From Blastocystis sp. Blastoise (lineage: Eukaryota; Protista; Bigyra: Opalinata), in NCBI GenBank assembly GCA_039096225.1, contig JBBPEB010000028.1, positions 880,499 to 944,498 on the forward strand: a DNA stretch of 64,000 bases, read 5' to 3'. Positions 16,194 to 29,809 of the stretch are shown here, one piece after another. Position numbers and translations under genes: made by a program. Each line of letters starts with the position of its first letter. The stretch's first letter is position 1. Below the pieces are notes generated by a model. The model was not told where the DNA came from. It saw nothing but the letters and a program-made list of their open reading frames with translations, and made no database searches.

Positions 16194-16711
16194 TAATTAT
16201 AATAATAAATATACTCTTATTTCTCCTTCTTCATCTCCAGAAATAAAAACATTATCATCAAATAAATACATTGAAGAAAGACCAGCCATATGATGACAAT
16301 CATCTGTTGTTTTCCATATGATATTCTCTAAAAATATATTAAATTATCTATAAAATTAATTTTAGAATTACTGTCTAAATCAGAAATTGTAATATGAGAG
16401 TTAGCTGAACCCGTATAAAGTCGATTTCCTTCTTCATTCAATTGAAATGAACGAATCGATTGATCATATAGTTGATGACTAAACACTAACTCACTCTTTC
16501 GTTTTACAAATTTATATCTAATATAAATAACAAATAATTATAAAGAATAAACATACCCTTCGACAACACCACTAATTAAACTTGCATATACAATATCACT
16601 TGTTCTGTGAAAATCTAAACCAAAAGCCTAGAGTAATTTATATACAAAATAAAATAGAAAATAAAAAGATACAATGTCTGATGTGCGGACAGTTCCGTTT
16701 AATGTAGCCAT
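14154..16711 (-). CDS. WDR55: WD-repeat protein 55 (JIP5) with an acidic tail
   Basis: WD repeats SGDEEGEIRLWD, NEDYIS, SADGSL, EDELLS, GHPQSVD, TGSCDG, then a D/E-rich tail ending FFSDL*. Confidence 0.9.
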
Positions 16712-16942
16712 CTAAATAAATCAATAATGAAAATATGTTCTTAATAGCATATACATTTCAACAATTCTTCTTTAGAAAAGTAAATACGTTATTATTTTAA
16801 AAAGAAAGGAACACTCCAGAAATCGTTACAAAATTGAAAAAATGAAAATAGAGTGGACTGTTCGTTTAATCCCGCGAAATTACTTTTCATAACTGGAAAA
16901 ACGAAAATAATTAGATAAGGTTTTTATCATTGAATTTGAAGA

Positions 16943-17826
16943 ATGCCAAGTTTATTTGATGATGAATTATGTACTGAGATTCAAAAGAATTTAATTTCAA
17001 TTCATGAAGCGACTCTGAATAAAGATGTTTCAAAAGTTGTCAATTATTTGAGTCAAATCACATCTGAAATGAATGAAATAATCGATAAATATATTGAAAT
17101 GCATGGAAATGAACCATCTAAAGATACTACTGTAAATATCTCGCAAGTTGCGTTAATTCGTGCATCTCTTGCTCTTATGGATGTATGGGGTATTATGCCA
17201 TATTTAAAACCTTATTGTGGTCAAAGAATAAATGATGGCCCTTATGTAAATTCATTTGTTGTCACAAAAGAACAATTGGAAGTCATTCAAACAGAAATAA
17301 AAACAATGCCAACTCCAAATTCTTTACATTTCTTATTAAGTGTTATGATAAAAGCCTCTAAAGTAAGATATCTACAAGAAACTGTGTTTATTCATTTCTT
17401 TCCTAATATACTTGCTCTTTGTTTATGTTTACAAAATTCACAAGATTATAAATGTAATTATATATAAAATATTATGAATATATTTAGTATTTATATTTCT
17501 ATATAGTATTCATGAATTCTGATATTCAACAAGATATTCAGTTTTTTTTTGATTTTATTCAGAATTATCCTTTTCAAATGGTACTTCCAGCTTGCTTTAA
17601 ACTTATTAAATATGTATATATATTATTAGATATTTTATATTTAATATATTTATATATTTATTTTATAGATTATATTATATTTTATTTTGTATATATATAT
17701 AGGGAATGAAAACACCTCAGTATATACGTGAATATTGCAGTTATTTGATTGGTTACTATACTTCATTAACCAATGGAATTCTCAATATTTCACTCTTACT
17801 TCTTTCAGATACTATGAAACCCACTA

Positions 17827-17872
<46 letters not shown>

Positions 17873-20535
17873 AGATGATATCAATTGCTCGAGGAATAGG
17901 TTCATTGCCTCCAAAAACAGATATTGATATATATTATAAATCTATATGTAATCAAGTATATATATATATATATAGGTATATATATATATATATAGGTAAC
18001 ATGTTATATAAAAAAGAATGATAAACACTTAGGTATAGAAATGATATATATAATAAAGAATATATATGAGAAGCATCCTATGTATCTATATAAATATTTA
18101 TATAACTGTTTATTCGATCATTTGAATTCATTCTTAAAACAACCATTCTTCTCTTCTCTAGTATTACGTATATATATATATATAATCTATCAATATATAT
18201 ATATACGTAAATCAATATATATATATATATATATATATATTATCACTATAGCTGTTCCAACAGAAAATGTGACTAGTTCTTCTCTTTCTTCTTCTTTCTC
18301 TTCCTTTATATATATATTATCTCTTACCACTCCTCCTCTATCTCTTATTCAATCTATATCTATCTATATACCACTTTTATTCTATATTTACACATTTGCA
18401 AAATCAATCAAGTATTTATATATATATTATTATTATAATTATTATATATATATATATAGATCGTATATGTCTTCACCATTAAGAAATATCATACTTACAT
18501 ATATAAAGCTTTCTCCCGCGGTTATTCCTACACTTTTATATATATCTACTGGAGATGGATTAAGAGAAGATTTACATTATAAGTATATATATATATATAT
18601 ATATATTATTATTATTTATATATAGAATGAAAGCATCTAAAGATGGTGGAATTGATCTTATTCCCGCGGTTAATGAAGATAAAATAGAAGAAGAATCTCC
18701 TTCGATGACTATTCCATCATTATCTTTTAAAGAAGATGATTGGACGTTGAATTTAGAATCGAAAGTTGATTGGTCGAAAGAAACATCGTGTTTAATTGAT
18801 TTGTTAACTGTCGTTAAAGATACTCCGATTGTAGGCGATCTATTTATCGAATTACTTAAAGAATATTTCACAGTTCGTGTATTTCCTTCTCGATCAACAA
18901 GTTTATCTATAAATCCTTTAAAAATAGTTCAAATAATCATGGGAATGATTGAAGAATTTCAAGAGCAATTATTTTCAAAGAATATATATAGAGGTTTGTC
19001 GTGTATATATAATATTATTTTATATATACATCAAAGTCTAATGAGAAATAAGGACATTCCTCAACCTATTCATAAGTATATATATATATTTTATTTTTAT
19101 TATTATTTATTTTTATGAATATATTATAGAATAACAACTATATATATATATACATAGGATAGGTTATTTGGATATAAATGAAGAAGAAGAAGAGAATGAT
19201 ATAGATATAGATATAGATATAGAAGGAGTTTTTGATATTATTAATATATGTACAGGTATATAATAAGTATTATGATCGTATAACTCGAATAATGATAATC
19301 ATATATGTATATATATATATAGAAATTTTAAAAAGTGTTTATTATATGTTAGATGATGTAGAGATAGAGGATAGTGATTCCCGCGGGAAAACAGAACATA
19401 ATCATCCGATAATACAGGAGGTCGAAGAAACCAAACGTGAAGTTCAACAAGTCAGTATATATATATATATATATATATATTGTTAGTTATCTAGTTTTTA
19501 GAGTTTTTATTTTATATAACTGTTTTGTTTTTTATTATTTTTATGAAAATTTTTTTGTATTTTTAATAATAAATATAGTAATGAATATAATAAAGATATA
19601 TATATATATATATATAGTGTCTTCAACAAAAGCTGTTGATGAGCTGGAAGTACTAGAAAAGCAACGTCTTCTAACGGAAATCAATAAATATATACCATTA
19701 TTACAAGACATACAAGAATATGGAAGTATATATATATATATATTATTATTATTATTATTATTATTATTTATATATAGATATGTATATTCTATACGAGCCT
19801 TGTCAAACAATATCTTTTTATATAAATGAGTGTATTAAAACCCTCAACGCGTCACTTGACAAGAATAGTGATGAAGAAAAGAAAAAAGTTGAAAGTAGTT
19901 TACAAGGTATATATATGTATAAATAGTATTAGATAAATATATATATAATTCTATGTATATAGAAGAAATTGATGTAGCGCGGTCGATGCCCGCCATTTTG
20001 AAGGATTTATCTCATCCTCTTCCCGCCATTCGTTCTTATGCTCTGTCACGTGTTATTCAAATAATTAAAGAACAAAAAGAAAGTATATTATAGTTATATT
20101 TATTTATTAATACTTCTATATTATTATATTCATTATATTTATAATTATAATTCCCTATTTACACAGATTTATTTCCCTACCTTGATGATATTCTTACCAT
20201 ATGTAACAAGAACTTATGTGATAATGATAGTTATGTATATTTATATGCTATTCAGGCATTTACATATCTCTCTGATTATTTTGCAGATAAAGTATATATA
20301 TATATTTATGATACTATAATTGATAGTAATTAAGAATTATATTGTATATTTTATTTTCTACTATGTTTTCAATTATATTTATATATATATATTTATATAT
20401 ATAGACATTACCATTATTATTAGATCGTTTTAATAATACTGCTTCTCCCGCGGAATTACGACTAAAGATCGGAGAAGTAATTGTAAGTACAGTGAAACAT
20501 CATGGGCAAGGGTCAATTCAGTATATATATATATA

Positions 20536-20592
<57 letters not shown>

Positions 20593-21303
20593 GATTTTCA
20601 TCATTAATTATGAATTCATTTTTGACTTATATGTCTCCTTCAGGTAGTTTAAGCCGTGCTGAATTAGATAAAAAGAAATCAACAACTGGAATTACTGATG
20701 ATGATTGTATATTATTCACTATTCTATATATATATATATATATATATAGTATTTGCATTACAAGCTCTTCGTTCCTCATGTTTTTCTAATGTTGGTGAAT
20801 TATGTGAATATATGAAGTATCAAATACAAGATTATATAGTTGTATATATATAAAGTTATCTTTATATATCCTTTTATTCTCTATATTATTATACATATTA
20901 TTATTATTATACATATTATTATTATTATTATTATTATTATATAATAATAGGAGATATTAAGTCATTGTATGGGTGTATTAAGAATGGAAAAAGGAAAAGA
21001 AAATATACTTATACGTAGAGCAGCACTTTATTTATTAACACAAGTGATCAAAGGAAGTCAAGAGTATATATATATATATATATAATATATATACTATATC
21101 TAGAGATCTATTTATATATATATAGAGATATATATACTATATTAAAAGATATGTTTCCAAGAATACGTCAGATATTAATAGAAGTAGAAGATGATAATGA
21201 TCCTGTTTTACAAGAGCATGCGAGACTAGCAAATCAATATTTACAAACAGCATCAAAACAACTATTCTTTGGTACAAATTCTTTAATAGAAGAAATCAAT
21301 TAA
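16943..21303 (+). CDS. TANGO6: TANGO6/RTP1 HEAT-repeat protein (many exons)
   Basis: YYKSICNQ, DLSHPLPAIRSYAL, NLCDNDSYVYLYAIQ, ELRLKIGE, LRSSCFSNVGELC, RRAALYLL, DNDPVLQEHA (RTP1_C motifs). Confidence 0.85.
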
Positions 21304-21740
21304 AATTATATTATTTATTAAAATAAAAATTTGTTTTTTTCTTTATATTATTAGTTTTAAATATAACTAAACAAATAATAAATTTAAAAAACAAATATAC
21401 ACATGAAACATATAAAAAACCTATTATAAAAGGAGAAAAGAAGAAAAATACAACTTTATTGATATATATTTCTTGATATAATAAGTAATAATGACTAATT
21501 ATTTTAAGAAATAAATCAAAAGGTAAAGAGAACATAGAATACAAACATAGAAAATAAAAGTAAAAAAAAAGATAAAGAAACAATATATAAAATTCATTAT
21601 AGTAGTCATGACATTATTTTGTATAAAAGTATATATATATATATACAATTAATACAAATTTATCATAGATATACTAAAATAAATAGTATAGTAGATCTTT
21701 GTAAAAAGATATTTATAAATTATATAAATTAAAAATCTTC

Positions 21741-22745
21741 TTATTGTTCAACATCCATAGTAGAATTAGAACTAGCAGGAGTAATTGTTTTATGTAAATG
21801 AGCATATTGTTTCTGCTTCTTTCTCTTCTCTTTCTCTAGTTTCTCTTCTTTAGCTTTCTGTTTACGTTCTGCCTGTTGTTGTTTAAATGCAGCAATACGT
21901 TCTTCACTAGCAACTTTCTCTTTATCACGAAGTTCTTTCTGAACAGCTAAAGCAGCATTCACCTATAAATATAAATATATTTAAAAATATAAATATATAA
22001 ATATATTTAAAAATATAAAATAAATGTGCCACGGTTATGACTCGTAGGCCTCCAAGTAGCACACAGCAAGCGGACTTGATTAAAAGCATAAATATTTTTA
22101 AAAAAAATTATTTATTTTAATATATAAAATAACTTTCATCCAGAGGCAGACTTAAGGACCGTGAAGGTAAAAAGAAGCAAAACGCACTTTTAATGATTTC
22201 TTTATCAACTCCAAAGAAGAAAAATATTATGAAAAATAGATTTCTTTATATATATTGGAATTGAAATGAATGTCGTTTTATTTTCTTCTTCTATTATTTT
22301 CACGGTTTGTCATAACATAGGTAACATATATTTAATTATATCGACAAAGAAAATATATATAAATATAAATATATACTTCTTTGTCATCAGGAATAGGATT
22401 TTCCCAAGTTCTTTCGATAAAAGCAAAAGGTTTATTAGGTTTTTCTGACTTGTTTTCTTCTAAAGATATATAAACAATAAATATACATAGAATGTAAGAG
22501 AGAATTTTTAAAAAAAAATAAATACCCATATCAATGTCTTCACTAGGTTTCTCAACAACAGGTTCAGAAGATTGTAAGACATCAGCAAGTTTGGCGAAAG
22601 AGTCAGCATTTCCATTTAAATAGACAGAAACTAATTGTCTCTTAGTACAAGCTTCTTGACGTTCCTTTTGTTTGGGAGCATAGATTTCTTTACGTAAGAC
22701 AGCTCGGTTCTTCTTTTTCTGTTTAGATCTTATACTCTTAGCCAT
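21741..22745 (-). CDS. LLPH: LLPH/LAPS18-like basic nucleolar protein (3 exons)
   Basis: N-terminus MAKSIRSKQKKKNRAVLRK...APK matches the LLP-family MAKSLRSK start; Lys-rich C-terminus. Confidence 0.65.
22022..22215 (-). ncRNA. Candidate intronic structured RNA (possibly an H/ACA snoRNA) in LLPH intron 2
   Basis: GC-enriched blocks in an otherwise AT-rich intron; 3' hairpin GCTAC...GTGGC followed by ACATTT. Confidence 0.35.
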
Positions 22746-22950
22746 TATGAATAAGAATATAAAAGAAAAATATATATATATAAATATTGGAGAGAAAAAC
22801 GTTTTCTCGTTTCTGTCTTGTGGTAAAAAGAAAAGTGTGCAGTGATATAAAAGAATCTATGATAATCATAGAAAAGGAGAACTTGACACTTTTCATTTTT
22901 TTTTTTTGTTTTTTTTTTTGATTTTGTTATCTTGTTTTTGACTTTGAAAC

Positions 22951-23232
22951 ATGAACGCTGCTTGTTTATTAGGAAGAAGACTTGCTTGTCAATTAAAGAG
23001 AGTCCCTAAACGTTTATTCTCTGATTCCTCTGTTAAGAAGAACATCTTTGTTGAAGAACATAATGGTTTAAAAGAAGGTCTTGGTGATACTTTCAAAATG
23101 TCTCCTTCTATTTGGCTTTCTTTTATTGTTATGATGGGTGTTATCCCTGTTGGTTGTTATGCTATTTTCAAGAAAGAAGAAAGTATTAAGAATCCTGCTA
23201 AAAAGTTAAGAGTTCCTGCTAAGTTAGAATAA
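22951..23232 (+). CDS. NDUFB4: Complex I accessory subunit NDUFB4/B15-like with an N-terminal presequence (single exon)
   Basis: KKNIFVEEHNGLKE...TFK plus one TM helix ending GVIPVGCY, resembling plant B15 (NKNKFIEDW...RENLE.NFRW...IALPIIVY). Arg-rich leader. Confidence 0.7.
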   Translation: MNAACLLGRRLACQLKRVPKRLFSDSSVKKNIFVEEHNGLKEGLGDTFKMSPSIWLSFIVMMGVIPVGCYAIFKKEESIKNPAKKLRVPAKLE

Positions 23233-23644
23233 ACTTTTTTCTTTAGATTTTTATTTTTATAATTCATACATAGCTTTGATTAACAAATATTATCAATGCC
23301 TATATTTTAAATAAAAAATTATATATTTATATGCTTGTATCTATTATATCATTTCCAATTTCTTTATTTTTTTACACTTTTTTTTTTAAATATCTTTTTT
23401 ATAATTCTCTAAAATCTTAAAATAATAATAATTAAAAAAAATAATACTATTTGCAATGTATATGTTTTGCTTTATCTATTTATATTTCTTTTACGTTGAA
23501 ATTTATTGGATAATAAAACAAAACAATATGTATTTTTAAATGTATATGAATCATATAGAGAGATAAAGAAAGTTTATTTAATATTAAGAAAAATATATTA
23601 TAAGATGATATTTTAATAAATAAACAAAAAAATATATATATATT

Positions 23645-25561
23645 TTACTTGAGATCCTTTTTATTCTTACGAGCAGATTTTGTTTGTTTTTTTTCTTCAT
23701 CTTCCGGAGGTCTAGGAGAAGGTACTTCAACAGGATTATCTATTTCACCACTATATATATATATATATATGAATAAAAAATAATAGTAATATAAAAATAA
23801 TCGATAGTATATATATATTATTCTATATACTTTGTATAGACTTTTTGAAAAACTTTAGCAGGTCCATTTGATTTATTCGAAGGAGTACTAACTAATTTAG
23901 GAGTTACTCGAGCAGGAGTTATTTGCTTTTTGTCTAATTCTATATTTATATATGTTAACTATTGTAATTATTAATAGAAATGTTATTAAAATAATGATGA
24001 AATGTTATTAAAATAATAATTAAAATTTAATAAAAAAATAATAATTAAAAATTTAATAAAATAATAATAAATAGATAATAATAATAATATATACTTCCTA
24101 ATAAGTTAGCAAGAGGATTAACAGAAATAGATTTCCTTTTACTAAGTATCATATCTAATGTTTCTTCATCACTACTACTACTACTACTACTACTAGAAGT
24201 ACTATCACTATCAGTATCACTAGTAGTACTATCACTATTATTTGTAGTAGTAGATTTCTTTACAGGAGTAGTTGACTTCTTTTGATTCTTAACATTAGCT
24301 TTAGAATTGGTAGTAGTAGTCACAGCTGTAGTAGAAATAGTAGTTTGTTTATTAGTACCAGTAGAAGGAGTAACAGGTGCAGAAATAGGAAGAGGAGAAG
24401 CTGACTTTACTGGAGTCTTTTGAAGATTAACTATTTATATATATATATTATACTTGTATATATCTTAGATACAATGAATATATAATAATACATATATATT
24501 CAAATGAATAATATATTATATATTATATATACAATCTTTAAATATACGGTCGTCATCAGTACTGTCACTACTATCACTAGTAGTAGAAGAGGAAGGAGAT
24601 AAAGTAACATTAGAATCTATCTTTTTAGGTATATTTTCAACAGGAATATCAATTTTTGATTGTTTTTCTTCTTCAATAATGTCCATCTTCTTTATATCAT
24701 TAGTAGATGAAGATTCTTTAGAATGTTCTTCAACTGGAGATATTTCTTGAGTTAATTGAGAATCAATATCAAGTGATTGAGAAAGAGTACTGATGGACTC
24801 ATCTTCATCACTGGCACTATCCATATCTATATATATTATATATATATATATGAATATTTATAAAATTAAATATATAAATAGTATAGTATACAACAGAAAA
24901 ATATGGTTTTAGATAATATATTTATAAATAGTAGTAAAGAATAGAATAATTAAAATAAATATATCCAGTAATATACCGAAAGTAGGAGCTTTCTTTTCTT
25001 CTATAATAGGCATAGGGTGTGATAGAACAGGAGCAACTACAGCAGGAGCAATGGCTTCTTGAACTTTTTCTTTTTCTACACTAACTTCTTGTTTTTTTTG
25101 TTTCTTATTCGTACGCTTCTTAGTAGCACCAGTATTTTCAACAGAAGCAGGAGTAGTAGAAGCAGCAGTAGTATTTTCAACAGGAGCAGCAGTAGTATTT
25201 TCAATAGGAGCAGGAGTAGTATTTTCAACAGTAGTATTTTCAACTGTAGAACTTTCAACTGTAGTATTTTCAACAGCAGATACAGGAGTTACTTTTTCTT
25301 TATCAGAATTTTTCTTAGTAGGACTGACTTTGGTTGTTTTAGCCGGTCTACCTCTAGTTTTAGGTTTAGTTTCTTTTATGTTACTAATGCTAATAGGTAT
25401 ATCTTCATCACTATCGTCCGAATCTTCAAGAGTTATTTTAGAAGTAGCTTTAATAGTTGATTTCTTATTAATTCTTGGAGATTTCTTTGTAGGAACAGTA
25501 GCAGGAGTAGAAGTAGAAGAAGTAGATACTTCTGTTCCTTCTATTTTAGATTCAGAAACAG

Positions 25562-25593
<32 letters not shown>

Positions 25594-27130
25594 ACAACTT
25601 TAGGTTTTCTACCTCTCTTAGCAGCAGGTTTTGGAGATTCAACTTTCTTTTCTTCTTCTTGTATTTCTTTTGATTCTTCTTTAGAAATAGGTTTGGGAAG
25701 TTCTTTAGCTATAGTTTTATGAGGATGTTTAGTAGTTTCTTTAGAGATATCATTAGTAGTAGTTTTAGCATTCTTCTTAGTCGTCTTAGGACCACGTTTA
25801 GAAGGAGTAGAAGTACTATTTTCTTTAATAGTTTCCTTAGTAATATCTTTATTCACAATATCTTTATTCACAATATCTTTATTCACAACATCTTTATTTA
25901 CAACATCTTTAGTGATTTCCTTAGAATTTTCTTGAATAGTTTCTTTTGGAGTTTCTTTAATAGTATCCTTAGGAACTTCTTTTACAATTTCTTTAGTTGT
26001 TTCTTGTTCAGAAGGAATAATATCAGATTTATTTCCTTTCTTTGCAGCCTTCTTATTAACTTTAGGAGCATTAATCTTTGTAGCAGCAGGAACAGAAGTA
26101 GCAGTAGGAGTAGCAGTAGAAACAGAAGGAGTTTTCTTAGTATTCTTACTAGTAGTAGTAGCAGTAGTAGTAGCAGGTTTTGCTTTAAGAGTAGAAGGTT
26201 TAGTTACATTCTCGACATTCTTCTTAGGAATTCCAATAGTAATAGTCGCGGGAATAGTAGTAATAGGAGAAGAAGGTAAATCAGCTAAAATACTCTTCGA
26301 AGAAATACCAGGAGTCGTTGTCTATATTTATATATATAGATAGATAGAATTAGATAAAATAAATACATAATAAAATAAAATGAAATGAAATGAAATAAAA
26401 TAAATACATAATAAAATAAATACATAATAAAATAAAATAAATACATAATAAAATGAAATAAATACATAATAAAATGAAATAAAATAAAATAAAAATAAAT
26501 AAAATAAATACATAATAAAATAAAAATAAAATAAAATAAATACATAATAAAATAAAAATAAAATAAAATAAATACATAATAAAATAAAATAAAATAAAAA
26601 TAACACATTAGAGATACAAAACAGCAACTCCTTTCAATAATAATATAATTTTAAAAATATTTTAATATAATACAAAATCATAAAACACACAGAGGTAGCC
26701 GATTCTATAGAAATTAAACAAATTAGATTTTAAGAATAATAAAGATAATCTATATATATATATATATACCTTCAGTTCTTTGTTTCTTTTGAGGATGACT
26801 CAAATCTTCGTTGCTATTCATTCTCTTTGTAGCCTTTTTAGCACTTTCAGGAATAACTTCCAAACAAATTTGTTTAGAAGGAACAAATTTTTGTTTATCG
26901 GAAACATAATAAAAACGAGTGTCATTCAATCCATTACTTTGGATTTGAGTAGCAACACGTTTTGCATTAGGAACTTCAATGTCAACAGGTAAATCATGAA
27001 TGACCTTTAAAGCTTGAGTTTTAAATGACGAGAAAGTATCAAAATGTTGAGTTGTTTGAAAAACATAATCTACTGACGAGCTATCATTCTTATATGAAAT
27101 GAAATAATTGTTCACTGAATCTTCAGCCAT
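23645..27130 (-). CDS. Large low-complexity K/T/S/E/P-rich protein with AT-hook-like motifs
   Basis: Exons join in frame, including a 14-nt micro-exon at 26691-26704. Motifs KRGRKPK, TRGRPAK, KRGPK; acidic Ser tracts. Confidence 0.75.
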
Positions 27131-27611
27131 TTTGATTCAATAACAAAGATAAAAAAAAATCACTTTGAAAATTTGAGAGGTTGCATACTTTTCATCTTTT
27201 AGTCAAAATAGGAGATTTTCCATGGGAAAGTCACGTTTGTTTTTTAATTTTTATTTTAAACAGATTTAGATAGATAATTGTTTGTTTATAGTACATAGAA
27301 TGTATGTTTGCATTTTAATGAGTATGAGGAAGTGGTTGTGAATCTTTAGTTGAGATATTATTGCAAATCAATGTCAAGTATTATTCTTTATTATGCTTTA
27401 ACTCTTCAAGATATGTTTAAAATTATGTTGTTATTATTTTCCGATATTCAGCAGTGTTGAGTTGTCATGAATAAAAGATTTAACTTATAAAATAGTTTTT
27501 AAATAAGGTTGTGGTCTCTATAGACTTGTTAAATAAGTGGATTAAGATAAATGAATAAATATAGAATATATAAATACAAAGTATGAAACATAGAAAAAGA
27601 AGAAAAATTAT

Positions 27612-28711
27612 TTATGACTTGGGTTCTTCCGATTTTATTCGATTCTCTTTTTTGATAGGTAGCCAAGAAGGCATAGATTCTTTAGTCATCATACCTCTAA
27701 ATGGATGATTCATTCTTTCTAATATCTATATATATATATGAATGTATTATTATAAAATAAAATATTTAGAAGAGATAACAAAAGAATATAATATACTATA
27801 GATTCTTCATCAGTAAGTAGCCCACGTTCTTTTCGAATTCTTAATCCTTTTCGTTTTCTCCAGAAATCGAAACCTTTATTACCCTAAAAGAATTAATCTA
27901 TTATTTATCACTCTTTTTGAATAGTTATTATTGATATGTATATAATTATAACGATACTAAAAAAATAAAAATTAAAAACTATACATAATAAGCAAGAAGA
28001 GAAAAACCCGTAAATCCAAGTATAAAATAAGGGGATTGTTTTGGTGCTATAATATATATATATAATGATATACCCTGAATTGTTAAAAAAAAATAAAGCA
28101 ATAGATAATTCCAAATACATAATATATATATATAATAGAATATTGAATAATTAAAAAATAATAATCAAAACACATAAAAATAAGGAATACACAACTATAA
28201 TAAACATATATATAGCCTATATAGAATAGGAATAGAATGAAAATGAATCTATATACCAAGCATCAAACCCAAGGCAGTTCCTGTAATAGCACCACTACCT
28301 CCTACGGTATAAATATTTCTTCCATATTTTTCATATAAAGGTGTCGAGATTCCAGCATAAAGAGCAGCAGAAATACCAAATGTGACTGCATAAGAGGAAA
28401 CAAAACTCTGAATAGGTCGTTTTTTTGTTAATGCATAAGTATATCCTGTCAAAGCACCACCAAGAGCTATAGGAGATGATTCCAAACATGATGTAAATAA
28501 TAAGCATAAACATACCTCCACCCCATAAGTATTTGATCAACTTAAGACGTAAACCATCTATAGACAATTACAGATTAAACAGTATTCAAAAATTACCTTT
28601 AGGTACATCGATTATTTTGTTATTCATAAATGTATTTTTATTGATAGTTTCAGAAGGTTGATCGGAATGATCAGCAGTTTCATTCTTATTAACATCATTT
28701 TCTTGACTCAT
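27612..28711 (-). CDS. Tim17/Tim22/Tim23-family-like membrane protein
   Basis: Gly/Ala-rich TM helices GGALGGALTG, FGISAALYAG, GGSGAITGTALG, LGFTGFSLLAYY; C-terminal PSWLPI. Confidence 0.6.
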
Positions 28712-28920
28712 AGATATATATTTATATGAAAAAGAATAAAAGAGAAAAATAGAAATAAAATGAAAAAAGAAATTAAAGAAAAAAAAGAGAAAACATGGAA
28801 TTAAAAAAGAAAAAAAATGATTTCTTAAAGAAATCGAAACTAGAAACAAATAAGTTGTTGCAGTTTTATATATATTTTTAATTTTATATACTTTATAATT
28901 GAAATAGAAATATTATAAAA

Positions 28921-29687
28921 ATGTCAGATGATGTTGTTTATACAGAAATCATAAGTTTATCTATACCTTGTCCTCAATCAAGAGTATATGCATCTCCCTC
29001 CATATTTAAAGTGTAGCTTTTTGTATCAGGAATATCGCCAAAGATATCATCAGACTATTTAGATGTATTATTTTATGGTTATATATACTTTATGCCTAGA
29101 CTCTTTTTTCTCAATATGGATTATTGTATTTTTTCTTGCCGTTTACGAAAGGAGAAACTTCAGAAATCAGTTATGCGATTATATGGTATTATTCATCTTA
29201 TGCAGCAAAAATGGCTATCCGTGATTTGAATAATTCTACCATTCACAGTATAGGAATCCATATACAATTATAATAATTATCCAATAGATCATAAAATGCA
29301 CGTATCTATAAGTGAGACGGATCATGAATATAGAAATATCATATCTGAAAACCAAGTAAATGAATTATTTCTTTCAATGAGTGAATAAATATGATATTTC
29401 TTTACTTTAGATGTATGCGTTGATGGGATACTATGCAGGATATGATAGTTGGAGTAATAAAGTCGTCTATTCACATAAAATTCCTTCTTTAAAGAATCAG
29501 AAAAAGAGATTAAATATAAATACTGTTCATCCTTCTATATCCTCTACTCGCTATATATCTCCAGAATTAAAACAAGATGAATGTTTTACTATAGATCATG
29601 AAGAATTATTAAGTGAAGATTATCAAAGTATTTATAATAAATATATTGAAATCAATGGAATAGACTGTGTATATATATAAGTATTAT

Positions 29688-29749
<62 letters not shown>

Positions 29750-29761
29750 TGTTTAACAATG

Positions 29762-29809
<48 letters not shown>

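Noticed and set aside
25059-26279. Plus-strand ORFs of 130-186 aa (also 14495-14827 and 13478-13723)
   Set aside because: Antisense shadows of low-complexity exons.
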